This document shows, piece after piece, positions 48,428 through 60,650 of a DNA stretch of 64,000 bases. Within the stretch, counting starts at the first letter, position 1; each line of letters begins with the position of its first letter. The stretch comes from Massalongia carnosa (lineage: Eukaryota): positions 806,001 to 870,000 of the forward strand of contig OZ287072.1 in assembly GCA_965645245.1 (NCBI GenBank), given 5' to 3'. The translations under genes and the position numbers were made by a program. The notes beneath the pieces are model-generated. The model worked only from the letters and a program-made list of their open reading frames with translations. It was not told the origin of the DNA and ran no database searches.

Positions 48428-50220
48428 ATGGATCCGTTGCTGCGTTATGCTGTGCTGGTGTTTGCCGCACTTCTCATATGGGTAAGATACCTCCACTTTC
48501 CGGATGACCAGTTTGGTTAACCTTTTGCCAACAGAGTGTGGCAATTGTAACCTACAGATTGACACTTCATCCGCTGGCCAAGTACCCAGGACCCTTTTGG
48601 GCCAAGATTTCTGATTCTTATTCCTTGTACCACGCATGGAAGGGTGACCGTCATCTCGAATTCTGGCGATGTCATCAGGTCTATGGTCCGCCACTTCAAC
48701 GCGTGGACATATCACGGAAATCAAATGCTAACGCCTCTCAGGCAAGTTCGTTCGGTTCGGCCCAAACAGTCTCTCGGTTAACAGCAATACCGCACTGAAA
48801 GAAATCTATGGCTTCAAGTCCAACGTCAGAAAGGCAGACTTTTACACCGTCTTTCCCGCCACTAAGGACTCGGTCAATACGCACAATGTCATTGACAAGG
48901 CGAGCCATGCACGCAAGCGCTATGTATTATCCCAGGCGTTCTCGGACAATGCGCTTAAATCAGCCGAAAAGTATATACTGGCAAACATACGGATCTTTTG
49001 CCATAATCTACTTGCACCTCCGAACCCCCAGGGCAAGCTTGACAGACTGGTTGAGAAACGGGCCAACGAATGGGGTGTAGCTCACGACATGTCGAATTGG
49101 TGTAATTACTTAACTTTCGATGTGATGGGCGACTTGGCGTTTGGCAAGGCATTTGGCATGCTGCAAAGAAGCGAGAACCGATTCGCTATTGACCTCCTTA
49201 ACTTTGCTGCTCATCGTCATCTAATAGTGAGGGAAAACAGATCTCAGCACGGAGAGTTGTACTGACAAACGCACAGTGCGGCACAATGCCTGTAATTCAT
49301 GACGTTGGCCTGGATAGGTTTCTATTCCCCCAAATCGCCGCGGGGAGAACACGTTATATGGCATTCAGTAAATCACAAGCGTCCGAAAGGATTAAAATTG
49401 GCTTAAGTAGTGATCGCAAAGATTTCTTCCATTACCTCCTCAAAGCTGTCGACCCCATCACACAAAGGAGCTTCAGTACTCCCGAGCTGGTCGGGGAGAG
49501 TAATCTGTTAATGTGAGTTCCCCTCCTCCAAAACCTGGAGCGAATCGTCCTAACAGCCCTGTCAGCGTTGCGGGCTCCGACACTACCTCTACAGCTCTAG
49601 CAGCAGCTTTCTTCTACCTAACTCACAGCCCCTCCGTCTATCAAAAGGTCGTCCGGGAAGTCCAGGGTGTCTTCCCGACACTCGAAGACATCCATTCCGG
49701 TCAGCAATTAAACTCATGCGTCTACCTTCACGCGTGCATCGACGAAGCCATGCGCCTGTCCCCCTCTGTTGGGGGGATCCTTCCCCGTGAGGTCCTCCCC
49801 GGCGGACTCAACATCGAGGGCCATCATATCCCCGCTGGAATCGTTGTTGGAACCCCGCACTATGCCCTGCACCATCACCGGTCCTATTTTCCGGACCCCT
49901 TCGAATACCGACCTGAGCGCTGGATTGTAGATCCTCCCCGCGTGACCGAGCAGGACGTTGCGCTGGCTCATTCGGCGTTTTCCCCGTTTAGCATCGGCCC
50001 AAGGGGCTGTATTGGGAAGGGCGTGGCGTACTTGGAGCTTCGCCTTGCGCTGGCGAGGACGTTATTTTTGTATGATATGCGAGTGGCGCCAGGCACGCAT
50101 CTGGGCGAGGGAGGGCCGCGGTCGGGATGGGCAAGGCAGAGGACGGGAGAGTATCAGCTAAAGGATACTTTTACAAGTCACAAGGTGGGGCCGCTGGTGG
50201 AGTTTCGGCTGCGTGAGTAG
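48428..50220 (+). CDS. Cytochrome P450 monooxygenase (benzoate 4-monooxygenase-like clan; CYP548-like by recall)
   Basis: It has an N-terminal TM helix, HPLAKYPGP, I-helix AGSDTTS, EAMR (ExxR), PERW and heme motif FSIGPRGCIG. Four introns. Confidence 0.9.
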
Positions 50221-50756
50221 CAATGTACTTTTGGAGGTTGCTGACGAGTAGGCTTAAAATGGATTGTCGATGTGCTTGGGCAAGTTTGACTTGGGAACAT
50301 AATGAATCTTGCTATCAGGTACCAGAAAGGGTTTTCCACGCCAAATCTTTCCTCCTTTGTCGTAATAATACCGGAGAGGATTTTCAGTTTGACGTATCGC
50401 GTTGACATCGCATCGTTCTCTGATTCCTCGGTGTATCCTAAAAGCCCTATTCCTCCTGGTTACTTCCGATGCCTCGGAACACTCGCTTGAGTTCTTACCG
50501 CTTAGGGCAAGCCGATCATGGGATCACGGTTAGACGCGGCTTCTACCGGTGCAACGCCTTTGCCGATGGTTTCCAATTGAACGAGATGTTTCGTTCAACT
50601 GTGAAAAGGCGGATACCTGTTCATCACACTAGCAATAGATCATGCCTACCATCTCCTCTCCCCTCATCCGTTCTCTGCATCTCCACCACCATCATATTCC
50701 CGTTCACGACCCCAAAGGCTAACCCCTTCCCTCCCACCCTCTCAACCTTAAGCGTC

Positions 50757-51671
50757 ATGGCCGCAACTACAGCCACAACAACCACAAACACAGCAAAACT
50801 TACCCCTCACGATGCCCAAATACTCTCCCATATCCTCCCCTCGCTCTCCCTTCCTGTCACAACCTCCTCTCCGCTTATCGACGCTTCGCTCCCTGCCCCA
50901 AGCCCGGCCCTGCAGGCGCGAGAAGCGGAAATCGTGCTCCCGCTCAAGTCCTGCCCAACAGCAATAACAGCATCCGCGCCGGCAATGGATCATCACCAGC
51001 CTCCCGTCTCCCTACACGACGCCATCACCGCCCTCAGCGACCTCATCGCGCAACACCCCTCATACGCATCCGCTTACAACAACCGCGCGCAAGCTAAGCG
51101 GCTGCTCGTCGGCGACGATCTGCGCCGCCGAGCCGTGGCCGAGAGCGGTCTGTGGGCGGACCTGGAACGGGCGATCGCGTTGGCGGGGGGTGGCGGTGCT
51201 GGGGCTGTGGCTGGGAAAGGAGCCGGACGAATCAGGGGGAAGGTGTCGCCTGCCGAAGCGAGAGTGCTGGCGAAAGCGCACGCACAAAGGGGAGGGTTGG
51301 TTCTGAAGTGCGCGGCTGCCGTCGCTGCCCCTATTTCGGATTCCGTCTCTTCGGCTATGCGAGCTCAAGCAGACGGCTTGGCGGGATGTCCCACCACCCC
51401 CGATGAACCGGGAGAGAGAGAAGGAGAAGACCCCCTCATCAGCGACATCTGGCTTCCCCCTTCGCTGCGGGGACTGAGCACCAAGGCGCTGGAAGATTTC
51501 GCGCGGGGGGAGTTTGAGGAGGCGGCGCGGTACGGGGAAGGGGCCGTGGGGGAGGTGGCTAGGCGGTTGAACCCTTACGCGAAGCTTTGTGGGGGGGTGG
51601 TGAGGGAGGCGATGAGGGGAGAGATGCTTGCTGGTGGAGGTGGAGGTGGAGGTGGTGGGCGAGGTGGGTAA
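50757..51671 (+). CDS. TTC36-like tetratricopeptide repeat protein
   Basis: It has LTPHDAQIL, YASAYNNRAQA, AHAQRG and EFEEAARYG...LNPYAKLCGGVV, as in the TTC36/HBP21 family. The likely start is the ATG at 50757 rather than 50469. Confidence 0.8.
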   Translation: MAATTATTTTNTAKLTPHDAQILSHILPSLSLPVTTSSPLIDASLPAPSPALQAREAEIVLPLKSCPTAITASAPAMDHHQPPVSLHDAITALSDLIAQHPSYASAYNNRAQAKRLLVGDDLRRRAVAESGLWADLERAIALAGGGGAGAVAGKGAGRIRGKVSPAEARVLAKAHAQRGGLVLKCAAAVAAPISDSVSSAMRAQADGLAGCPTTPDEPGEREGEDPLISDIWLPPSLRGLSTKALEDFARGEFEEAARYGEGAVGEVARRLNPYAKLCGGVVREAMRGEMLAGGGGGGGGGRGG

Positions 51672-52389
51672 GTAGTTGGTTGGTTTTTGGCGAGTAGAGG
51701 GATGTTGGGTGTTTGGGGGAATAGGATTAGGGGGACGGGAAACGAGGGAAGAGAGGGGGGAAGGAAGGGAGAGAAGGGGGGACGATGGATGATGGATTGG
51801 CAGGCTAGAAAGCACGGGGACTGTTAAATTTTTTTTGGGGATACATACACACATACATACGATATAGGATGAGGAGGGAGGGGGGGTTGGTGGTTGATAG
51901 CATAGTTAGATTTAAACGTCTCACCCAGCTACTAGCCACCAGCCACCAACCAGCATCTGCACCGATGCACCGAAGATCAACGAACAATAGATTCTCCTCC
52001 CTCACCGTCTCTGAAATCCAGACTTGTCAACTCATCAATTCCCCAATGCCCGTTTCGGATCATGACCATCCACTCATTCACCGAACCATACCGTACCGTA
52101 CCGTACCTATCCAGCCAGCTAGCCAGTCAGGCATATCTAGGAGCTGGCTGGGTTATGTCGAGTAAAAAAAAACAATAAAATAAAATACATTTACTGAATT
52201 AATAGATGGATGAACGCGTACCATACTGCCAGGAAAAGGGGGGGGGGAACTGCCGCTAATAGCAGCTGCAGAGTCTGGGGAGCGTGAGAATGAGAATGGG
52301 AATGAGAAAGAAGAAGAGGAGTATGTGTGTCTTTGGGACGGGAAGAGCGAATGGGAGGTTGGGTAGAGGGTGTAAAAGGGTTGTTGGAA

Positions 52390-52416
52390 TGAGAATGAGA
52401 ATGAGAATGAGAATGA
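52390..52416. repeat. (GAGAAT)n hexamer repeat, with nearby (CCGTA)n at ~52091 and (TA)n at ~52457-52491
   Basis: Seen directly. Confidence 0.85.
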
Positions 52417-52690
52417 AATTTTTTTTCCCCGGCGAATTGGGGTGTGTCTTATTTGGTATATATAAACATATACATATACATATTATATATACACATAGGA
52501 TGGCTCTACCTAGGTAATTGAAGCATTTGCTTTGCACTGGGAAGACTGCTGCATGCATGCAACTCTGGTGGAACTTTACGCTCTCTCCTTCTAAGAGTTT
52601 CTGAGAAGCTCATTCTGTATGCTCGAATTATCGGTACAGACTTGAAATCAAGGAAAGGGGTGAAATAAAATACAAACAACAATCATGGCG

Positions 52691-54028
52691 TTAGACTGGA
52701 GAGAAATTCTGTTGAGGATTTGGCGCAGTGATTTCCGGCGCAGACATGCTGAGCCCGGTCGACTTCTTCCTACCGTGGCCGTGAAGCCAGGGGGTGGTCT
52801 GGGTGTTTCTGTCTTCAATGACAAAGGAGCGACTGGGAAGCTGTATACCCATGACGGTCTTGTCGATCTGGGCGGATTCGTTCTCGGATCGCCTCGCCGG
52901 TCGGCTGACTAGATCAAAGATCTTGTCGAAGAGAGGTTTTAGTGCGGGCATGGAGGCGAGAGTGATTCCAATGTTGAGTTCGCACTATTAAGCCCTCAAT
53001 CAGCATGGTGTGCACTTGGATGTGTATACCCTACGGCGCAATGCCAGAACTTACATAAACCACCTAATAGGTTTCCTCATTGTCCCTAAAATCCCCTTAG
53101 TGGTGGTTTTTCAAGGGTTTAATTTTCGGCCGCCTTACAAACAAAATCGTCGGAGAAGAATTGTGGCATTTCGATCGATTTGGCAATGGCACATACAGCA
53201 GTTCTGGTTGCGAGTCAATTCTCGGTAGAATCTGAGAGCTCTATCCTACTGACACTATTCCAAGGCCCATAAGACAAGATAAGGCGATCTTGGTTCGCCG
53301 GTTCATTTGGAGTTGTTGAATCAGGAAGATTGGAATTGTAGCGCATGCCAAATCGGTGAAAGCATCGAGACCGTTTCGATTGTTAGTTTTCTCATCATCT
53401 TGGGATCCGCGTCACTCACCATTTTCAACATACAAAAAGGTAAACCGAATTCCAACCGCGTTGCACTTTCCTTCGATGTTGCTATCCCATAACGCTTCTA
53501 TCGGGATGCATGAGAACAAAATCATCAGAGCCTCCGTCAGATGCAATACTGCGACAAACGCAATCATAGCCCAGAGGAATCTGGAGAACTTGATCGCCGC
53601 TTTATCCACGACCCGTAATACCAAAAGACACACCGAAACTTTAGCCATGCCAATACCAAGTACACTCATGATGAGGCATATGTTTGCCCACTTCCGAATT
53701 CCAGAGGTTGCATCGGGGGAGATGCAGTATACATGGTGACCCAAGCCGTCTGAGACCTGCAAAGTAAGAAATCCGGCAGCTAGACCAGTAAATACCTAAT
53801 CACTCTATGAGCCTTGGATGGAAAGATTTCTATAGGCATCCTCACCAAACTCAATACAATCGTATAATCATCCCAGCCGATCTTGTTGACATGGCGAATC
53901 TTAAAGTAGAGTCGCAGGAGTACTGCCACAACAGCGATTGACATCATCGCTCAAGAAAAGGCGAGAAGTTGTGGCCCATAGCTTTCCTTGCATGTCAATG
54001 GGTCCTGCCAGAGGTCTACGAATTCCAT
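52691..54028 (-). pseudogene. PTH11-like (rhodopsin-domain, non-CFEM) integral membrane protein pseudogene
   Basis: The reconstructed product has LRLYFKI...IGWDDYTI, GLGHH, AKVSVCLLVLRV, SCIPIEALWD...GKC, TDLACATIPI..LQMNRRTKI and ELNIGITLASMPALKPLF. Lesions: an in-frame TGA at 53951-53953, an acceptor reading ACG instead of YAG at ~53372-53374, and a phase mismatch at the last intron. Confidence 0.8.
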
Positions 54029-56809
54029 TGCGTTGAAGCCAGAGTAGGCACAACGAGTTTGAATGCACGAGCTTTGTGGAGTAGGAGATTGGTTACCGAG
54101 ACGTCTTCCGGTGCTACCTGGTGCATGCTAAATTTTTATCTCATCATTACGACCTCCAGAAGAATCATTGTTGTTAAGTGTTTTCATACGCTCAGCGTAC
54201 CGGCTCAGCGGTCAAAGGACATAATTTCATGAACAGCTCCGTTGGCCCACAACGTGCACGATGTATGCCTACCGCGACTCTAAAGTGCCTGCCATCCTTG
54301 ATGACTTCGTGCTATGCTATTAGTGATTCCATATCCCGTCCCCCCACAGCTTGAGCGGGGTCGACGGTGTGCCGCGTGCTTTTCAGTGCCAGGAAGGGAT
54401 AGCCTAAATATGATAAGGTTCGCGATGGTTTGCATGATGGCTAAGATGGTACATACTAATCTGCTCTAGCAGTCCTTACGATCTGTTTCATGAAAGTCCG
54501 AAGTTGACTCAATCGTCAAAATCATGCTGGTTGCCTCTTCGTCTGTGGAGTGTTTCCTCGCATGGAGGCTGACAATTACAGAGTAAATTAAAAACGAAAA
54601 GGCAGCGCTCTCCCTCGTCACGTGCGTACTTTGGTGTGTTTTGCATTGATGATTTGCAAGTCATTTAACTGGTAGATAAATACGTATATAGAGTACTCCG
54701 TAGGTAGGCATCTATATATTCCGATAAAGAACATGTACTATTACAGTGCCAGGGTACGGGAGAGCTATTGATGCGTTGTTGGACGCGTAAATAATTCGAC
54801 CTTTAAAGTAACTCCCCCCTATCCCTACCCAGCAGCTTGTTAGAAAACCAATCACCTTTCCTTCTCATCCTGCATTGAGAGCCTATTCAGGCATGATGCT
54901 CGCAACAGGGTGATATATTAACATATCTCGATCATCGATGAAGAGGGTGTACCGTCTGAGTCTTGTCTTGAGGGGGGCGCGACGAGAGTGCCAACTCAAG
55001 CCGGTCAAGCGATAAATCTGCGGTAGCCCACCCCACCGTATGTAGAGGACTCGCAAGCCTCTCTCGTTTGTTCATCCTCTTCTGTGGTATGTTTGAGCCC
55101 TGAGACACACACATCACCGTTGCCTGACGGAAACACTTGTGCTTGACTACGCTTCTTCCGTGCAGCCATCAAGCTTGCTTACGTCAAGAGTGCAAAACCC
55201 CGTTGCCGCCAACATTCATTCCTCGAGCCGAGGACAGGCACTTTACGCTCAAGCGTTGTGCCATGATGGTTTTCCAGCCTTCCAAGCGTCGAAGGTCTGC
55301 GTCGGAAATTATGTGAATCTCGTTCACCTTTAGATGCGATTGCCGGCACCGAACGGTGGGTTGTCAGCTATATGGCCCATTCGCAAGCGTTCATCTTATT
55401 GTCCGTAAAACGTATCGAGAGAATTAGTGATGACCCAGCATTGAATTGAAAGTGGAAGCGCTTAGAAAAAATTATCGAGCATAATTCGCTCCATAGAGAG
55501 CTGCTGGCGGGGCAAGATCACCGAGGTGAACGTCGTAAAAACTTTCCGGGTGAATCTTTAAGACATCATTAGCATCCATCTCCTGGATTTCTAGGTTTCT
55601 AGGTTTCTACATCCTTCCTGACATTGTTCATGACGCAGGCGATCCTTCCGTCATTGTTCATCCAAGGGAGGCCAAAACGTCTCATCGGACACTCAATATC
55701 GTCCATGATAACTTGGGGCAAATGACTCAGTATTTTGTTCTAGATGTACCTGCATGCCGACAAGTTTTGCTCAGAAAGTGCATGGATCTCAAAGCTAAAT
55801 CTAAGCTTATGGGGCTATCAAAAGCAATGTACGTGAGATGGAGAGGAAGAATAAACTCTTCATAGGCGAACAAATTCTTGCGCAAAGATTGGAGAGGGCG
55901 AAGGAGGAGAGTGGGAGGGAGCCAAGAGAAGAGAATCGAGTATCTACAGAAGAGTGAAGACATTTTGTATTTCTGCTCACGTGAGAGCTACGTCCCAGAA
56001 ATTTAATCAATGTTGAATATAAAAAATCAAAATATAGGGGTTAAAGAATATTCTGTGTCACACTTGCTTCTGAGACTTCGCTCTATCGTACCAGCCCAAA
56101 AGGGGGTTGAAAGTTACATACACTTAAAGCTCTATTCATCTTATTTCCTCATCTTGTTTCCTCATTTGGTTCTTAATTTAAAGGATTGTTGGCCCATCCT
56201 TCATTTGGAGGGCCGCAATTAGTAACAGGATACCCAGGTAGAAGAGCCGAACTTCTAACTACGGAGAAAGGTGCCACTCTTATAGAATGACCTTGAACCT
56301 TTTCAGAGCACTTTTGTAGAGGGAATCTAGGATTTTAAATTATCCTGTTTTACCGTTTCAAGAAACCTTTTCGAATCGAACAGCGTATCGCAGAAATAGC
56401 TAGGCGTGGAGTGTGCGGTTAATATAAGAGAAGAAAAAGGTTGTTTGCCTTATCATCCTGATTGTATAAATCAAAGGCCCCTGAAGCTCTCGCCCCTGGC
56501 TCCTATCGCTAAGCCAGGCTGGGCTTCTGCTTCAGCAAAAGCTACCACATGCTATCGGATGAAGGGAAAGCTGCCATCCAATGACGATGAACATACCTTG
56601 ACACCACTGATGAATGCCTGAAACGCTTACTCGCAGAGTTATAAGAACGAATAAGGAACAGACATGTATTTCGGCATTACTGGAATGTAACTCTCAATCC
56701 ACATTCTCTTCCAACGGATCTGCGGTGAAACGCTAGAACTTCTGGAATATCGAATAAGATTGCGCGCATTCTTTGCGTTCCGTCGGAGAAACATCTGACT
56801 GGACCCTGA

Positions 56810-56817
56810 CGACGTCA
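56810..56817 (+). promoter_or_regulatory. CRE-like site (cGACGTCA) upstream of HSP12
   Basis: It lies ~190 nt upstream of the HSP12 ATG. ATF/CREB factors regulate fungal stress genes, but function here is inferred. Confidence 0.35.
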
Positions 56818-57000
56818 TACTGCCTGAGATGTGGAATGTCAGGTGTCAAGTCAGTACAACTACATATCAGTGAAAGACAGAATACCCCTCCATCCATACT
56901 CTGTAAATTTTTATCTTCCTCGAATTTACTGTCAAGGCTTTCGACATATCCTCCAACTCCTTGCCAAGTTCAAACCAAGCCACCGACGATACAAGCAGCC

Positions 57001-57436
57001 ATGTCCGACGCATTCCGCAAAGATTTTCGCACGAGTAAGTGGAGAAACCTCGTTCGGATATCCTTGGCGGTACACTGTTCTGATACTTCCACAGAGGCCG
57101 AGGAGAAGATAACCCCTAACTCCACTAAGTCCACTCAGCAAAGGCTTAGGGAAGGAATCACCAACACAGCCGATCGTGTGGCACGGTATGATCCTGGGTA
57201 AATTTTGCTGTCTCAAGACTCATCCTCCTCGCAGTGGAGTTCAACCCGACTCCTCAAAATCCACCAGCCAGTCCATGTTCGACAAGGGTCAGCGCAGCTC
57301 TGACAGGGAGCTCCATGGAGGTACTGGGCAGAGCGTGTACGCTGAGCACTTGAATACCATTGGGTTGAGTTCATAGCTGACCATTTTTAGTGGTGACAAA
57401 GTTAAGGGGGCTCTTGGAGGACATAAGCAATATTAG
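57001..57436 (+). CDS. HSP12: Hsp12/Hsp9 small stress protein, 4 exons
   Basis: Spliced product: MSDAFRKDFRTKAEEKITPNSTKSTQQRLREGITNTADRVARGVQPDSSKSTSQSMFDKGQRSSDRELHGGTGQSVGDKVKGALGGHKQY*. Confidence 0.92.
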
Positions 57437-57800
57437 ATATTGTTCTGAGCGCATGAGGGGACGAACTAACGACACTGATACCATGTTGAACGTTGATTGA
57501 TTTTAGGGATTTGTGGGTGATGAAAGTGCGCAAGCTTATTAGATTTAAGAAATTAAAAGATTTTCCTTCCCATTCTTAATGAAAGGTCTTAGTGATAAAG
57601 AATATGTTCGGTGGGAGCAACTATCAGTACGCTTTCATCCAGTTACGAGCCTCTACCATTCGGCAGCTTTTGACTAATAAAACAGACGTGGTAGAAACGA
57701 AAAGCATTGGTTTTTATAAAGAGGTCCGTATAATAATGTAGAGAGAGGTTGTCAAACTTTGAGGTGCATACGGAGTATTGAGCTTCGAAGGGTTAGATAA

Positions 57801-57886
57801 TTACGTCACGTGGTTTCGTGATGTAGTAAAGTTAACCCAACCAAATCAAGCTAGCTAGCTTAGCTATGTGGCGTCAAAGCACGCGT
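57801..57886 (+). promoter_or_regulatory. RAD54 upstream elements: TTACGTCACGTG (CRE overlapping an E-box/Cbf1 site) and MCB ACGCGT
   Basis: Motifs at 57801-57812 and 57881-57886. MCB/MBF control of DNA-repair genes is established in ascomycetes. Confidence 0.5.
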
Positions 57887-58006
57887 TCGTTCGCCGCATG
57901 ATTCTATCAACACATCAGCTCATACTCCATCCTCTGTAGACGGATTCATAGCAGAAGCTAGTTAGCAATAAACCAGCAACGTACAATCGTGAGGAGTTTT
58001 TGCTCG

Positions 58007-60650
58007 ATGTAATGTAGTTCTATTGTGGTGTTAATACTTAGGCTCTAAACTGACTCTTTCCGTTTCAGGCATAAAAAGCACTACTTGACTCCCTCTGATG
58101 ATAAGGAAAATACTTCATCATCGAAAACCGCCTCTAGACTCTATGTGGGAGGGCCACAGTCTATCGACCGACTCGTACGACCGTTTAAATGCCCTGGTAC
58201 TTCCACCCCTACGCGTGCGTCAGAAAAACCTGCGAGGAAGAAGCGGAAGGTTAGCTATGCCGATGCAGATGGATCTCCCGAGGATGGCGATAAGCCCTGG
58301 ACAAACGAAGAACGTCTAGCACTCGCAAACCGAGATGTCAATAGGTTTCCTGTTTTTAAAGTGAAAGACAAAGATACGCTTTTTCGACGTCGCTTTGCTG
58401 TTCCATTAATCAATAAAGATGCTGGGAACTACAACCCTTTTCGCCCAGCGCCCACACTAGGAATGAGAACAGGAGCAATATTTATTGCAAAACCGTTGCA
58501 TGATCCAAGTGGCGAGTTTGCAATCGTGCTATATGACCCAACGATCGATGATAAACCAGCAGCCGCTAAGGATTTTGAGAAGCAAGAGGAAGAAGGCACG
58601 TCTAAGTTAGATGTACCCATAATGCACAAAAGTTTGGCGGATATTTTGGGATTGAAGAAGCAAGTCGATGAGCATCCGAAGATCCCTGTAGTCATCGATC
58701 CGAGATTGGCCAAAGTATTGAGGCCCCATCAGGTTGAGGGCGTCAAGGTTTGTCGCCGCAAGCTTCAGAGCCGATCAGGGAGCTCATTCTGTGTTCTTAG
58801 TTTCTTTACCGATGTACTACGGGGCTTATCGACCAGAAGACCAATGGCTGTATTATGGCGGATGAAATGGGTTTAGGTAAGACAGTGAGTATTATTAGTC
58901 CAACATCCATGAGTTTATACTGATCAAGGCAGTTACAATGTATTGCGCTTATGTGGACTCTTTTAAAGCAATCACCTGAGCCTGGAAAATCTACCATTCA
59001 AAAATGCATCATCGCGTGCCCTTCAAGCTTGGTAAGAAATTGGGCGAATGAGCTGGGTAAGCACGTCGCCTTCCCCTGATGCTTGTAGTGATTAATAAGT
59101 CAGTCAAATGGCTTGGACCAGATGCCGTCATACCTTTCGCCGTAGATGGGAAGGCTTCCAAAGCCGAGCTTACAACTCAGCTCCGCCAGTGGTCAGTGGC
59201 CAGTGGTCGAGCTGTGATCAGACCCGTCCTTATCGTCTCATATGAGACGCTTCGCCTTAACGTTGATGAGTTGAGAAATACGCCAATTGGGCTCCTGCTT
59301 TGTGATGAGGGGCATCGCCTCAAAAATTCAGAAAGTCAAACCTTTACAGCGCTGAATGGGCTGAACGTTGACCGCAGGGTCATTCTATCAGGGACCCCCA
59401 TACAAAATGACCTTTCAGAGTACTTTGCTCTTCTGAGCTTCGCGAATCCAAATCTCTTAGGGACTCAAAATGAGTTTCGGAAGAAATACGAAAACCCTAT
59501 TCTAAAAGGCCGTGATGCGGCCGGAACCGATGCAGACCGCAAGAAAGGAGATGAATGCCTTGCAGAACTGCTCGCCTTGGTGAATAAATTCATCATCCGC
59601 CGCACTAATGATATTCTCTCGAAATACCTTCCAGTTAAATATGAGCACGTAGTCTTTTGCAATTTGGCGCCATTCCAAATGGACCTGTATAATCACTTTA
59701 TACAAAGTCCAGACATTAAGAGTCTGCTGAGAGGAAAGGGAAGCCAACCTCTGAAAGCAATCGGCATGCTCAAAAAGCTTTGCAACCACCCAGATCTTCT
59801 CGATCTCTCGGTCGACCTTCCTGGTAGCGAGAAATACTTTCCTGATGACTACGTACCTAAAGACGCCAGGGGCAGAGACAGAGACGTTAAGCCGTGGTAT
59901 TCGGGGAAAATGCAAGTTCTAGATCGCATGCTTGCCCGGATCAGACAGGACACGAACGACAAAATCGTGCTCATTAGCAATTACACCCAAACGCTAGACA
60001 TCTTCGACAAGCTCTGCCGTTCCAGAAATTATGGCTGCCTTCGCCTCGATGGGACCATGAACGTCAGCAAGCGCCAAAAGCTCGTCGACAAATTCAATGA
60101 CCCAGACGGCTCCGAGTTCGTTTTCCTCCTCAGCAGCAAGGCCGGTGGCTGCGGCCTCAACCTCATCGGCGCCAACCGCCTCGTGCTATTCGACCCGGAC
60201 TGGAATCCGGCCGCCGACCAGCAAGCGCTCGCGCGCGTCTGGCGCGACGGGCAGAAGAAGGACTGCTTCGTGTATCGGTTCATCGCGACGGGCACGATCG
60301 AAGAGAAGATCTTCCAGCGGCAGTCGCACAAGCAATCGCTCTCCTCGTGTGTGGTTGACTCGGCCGAGGACGTCGAGCGGCATTTCACGCTCGACTCGCT
60401 GCGCGAGCTGTTCCAGTTCAAGCCCGGCACGACGAGCGACACCCACGACACGTTCAGGTGCAAAAGATGCAAGCCGGACGGGAAGCAGCATCTAAAAGCC
60501 CCTGCCATGCTGTACGGTGACACGAGCAGCTGGAATCATTTCGTCAACGACGGGGAGACGGGCGCGCTAGGAAAGATTCAGGACCTGTTGTTAAGGCAGG
60601 AGACGGCCGATCGCGCGGTTAGCGCGGTGTTTCAGTATATCAGCCATTAG
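58007..60650 (+). CDS. RAD54: Snf2-family DNA translocase Rad54
   Basis: It has the Rad54_N segment ([17 protein letters not shown]), [37 protein letters not shown] and [23 protein letters not shown]. The start ATG is apparently split by a first intron. Confidence 0.96.

Noticed and set aside
50469..50756. N-terminal extension of the 400-aa TTC36-like ORF
   Set aside because: It looks like promoter or pyrimidine-rich leader; family similarity begins after the ATG at 50757.
54200..56700. Short ORFs and AT-rich patches suggesting a transposon relic
   Set aside because: I found no transposase, RT or integrase motifs, TIRs or LTRs by eye.
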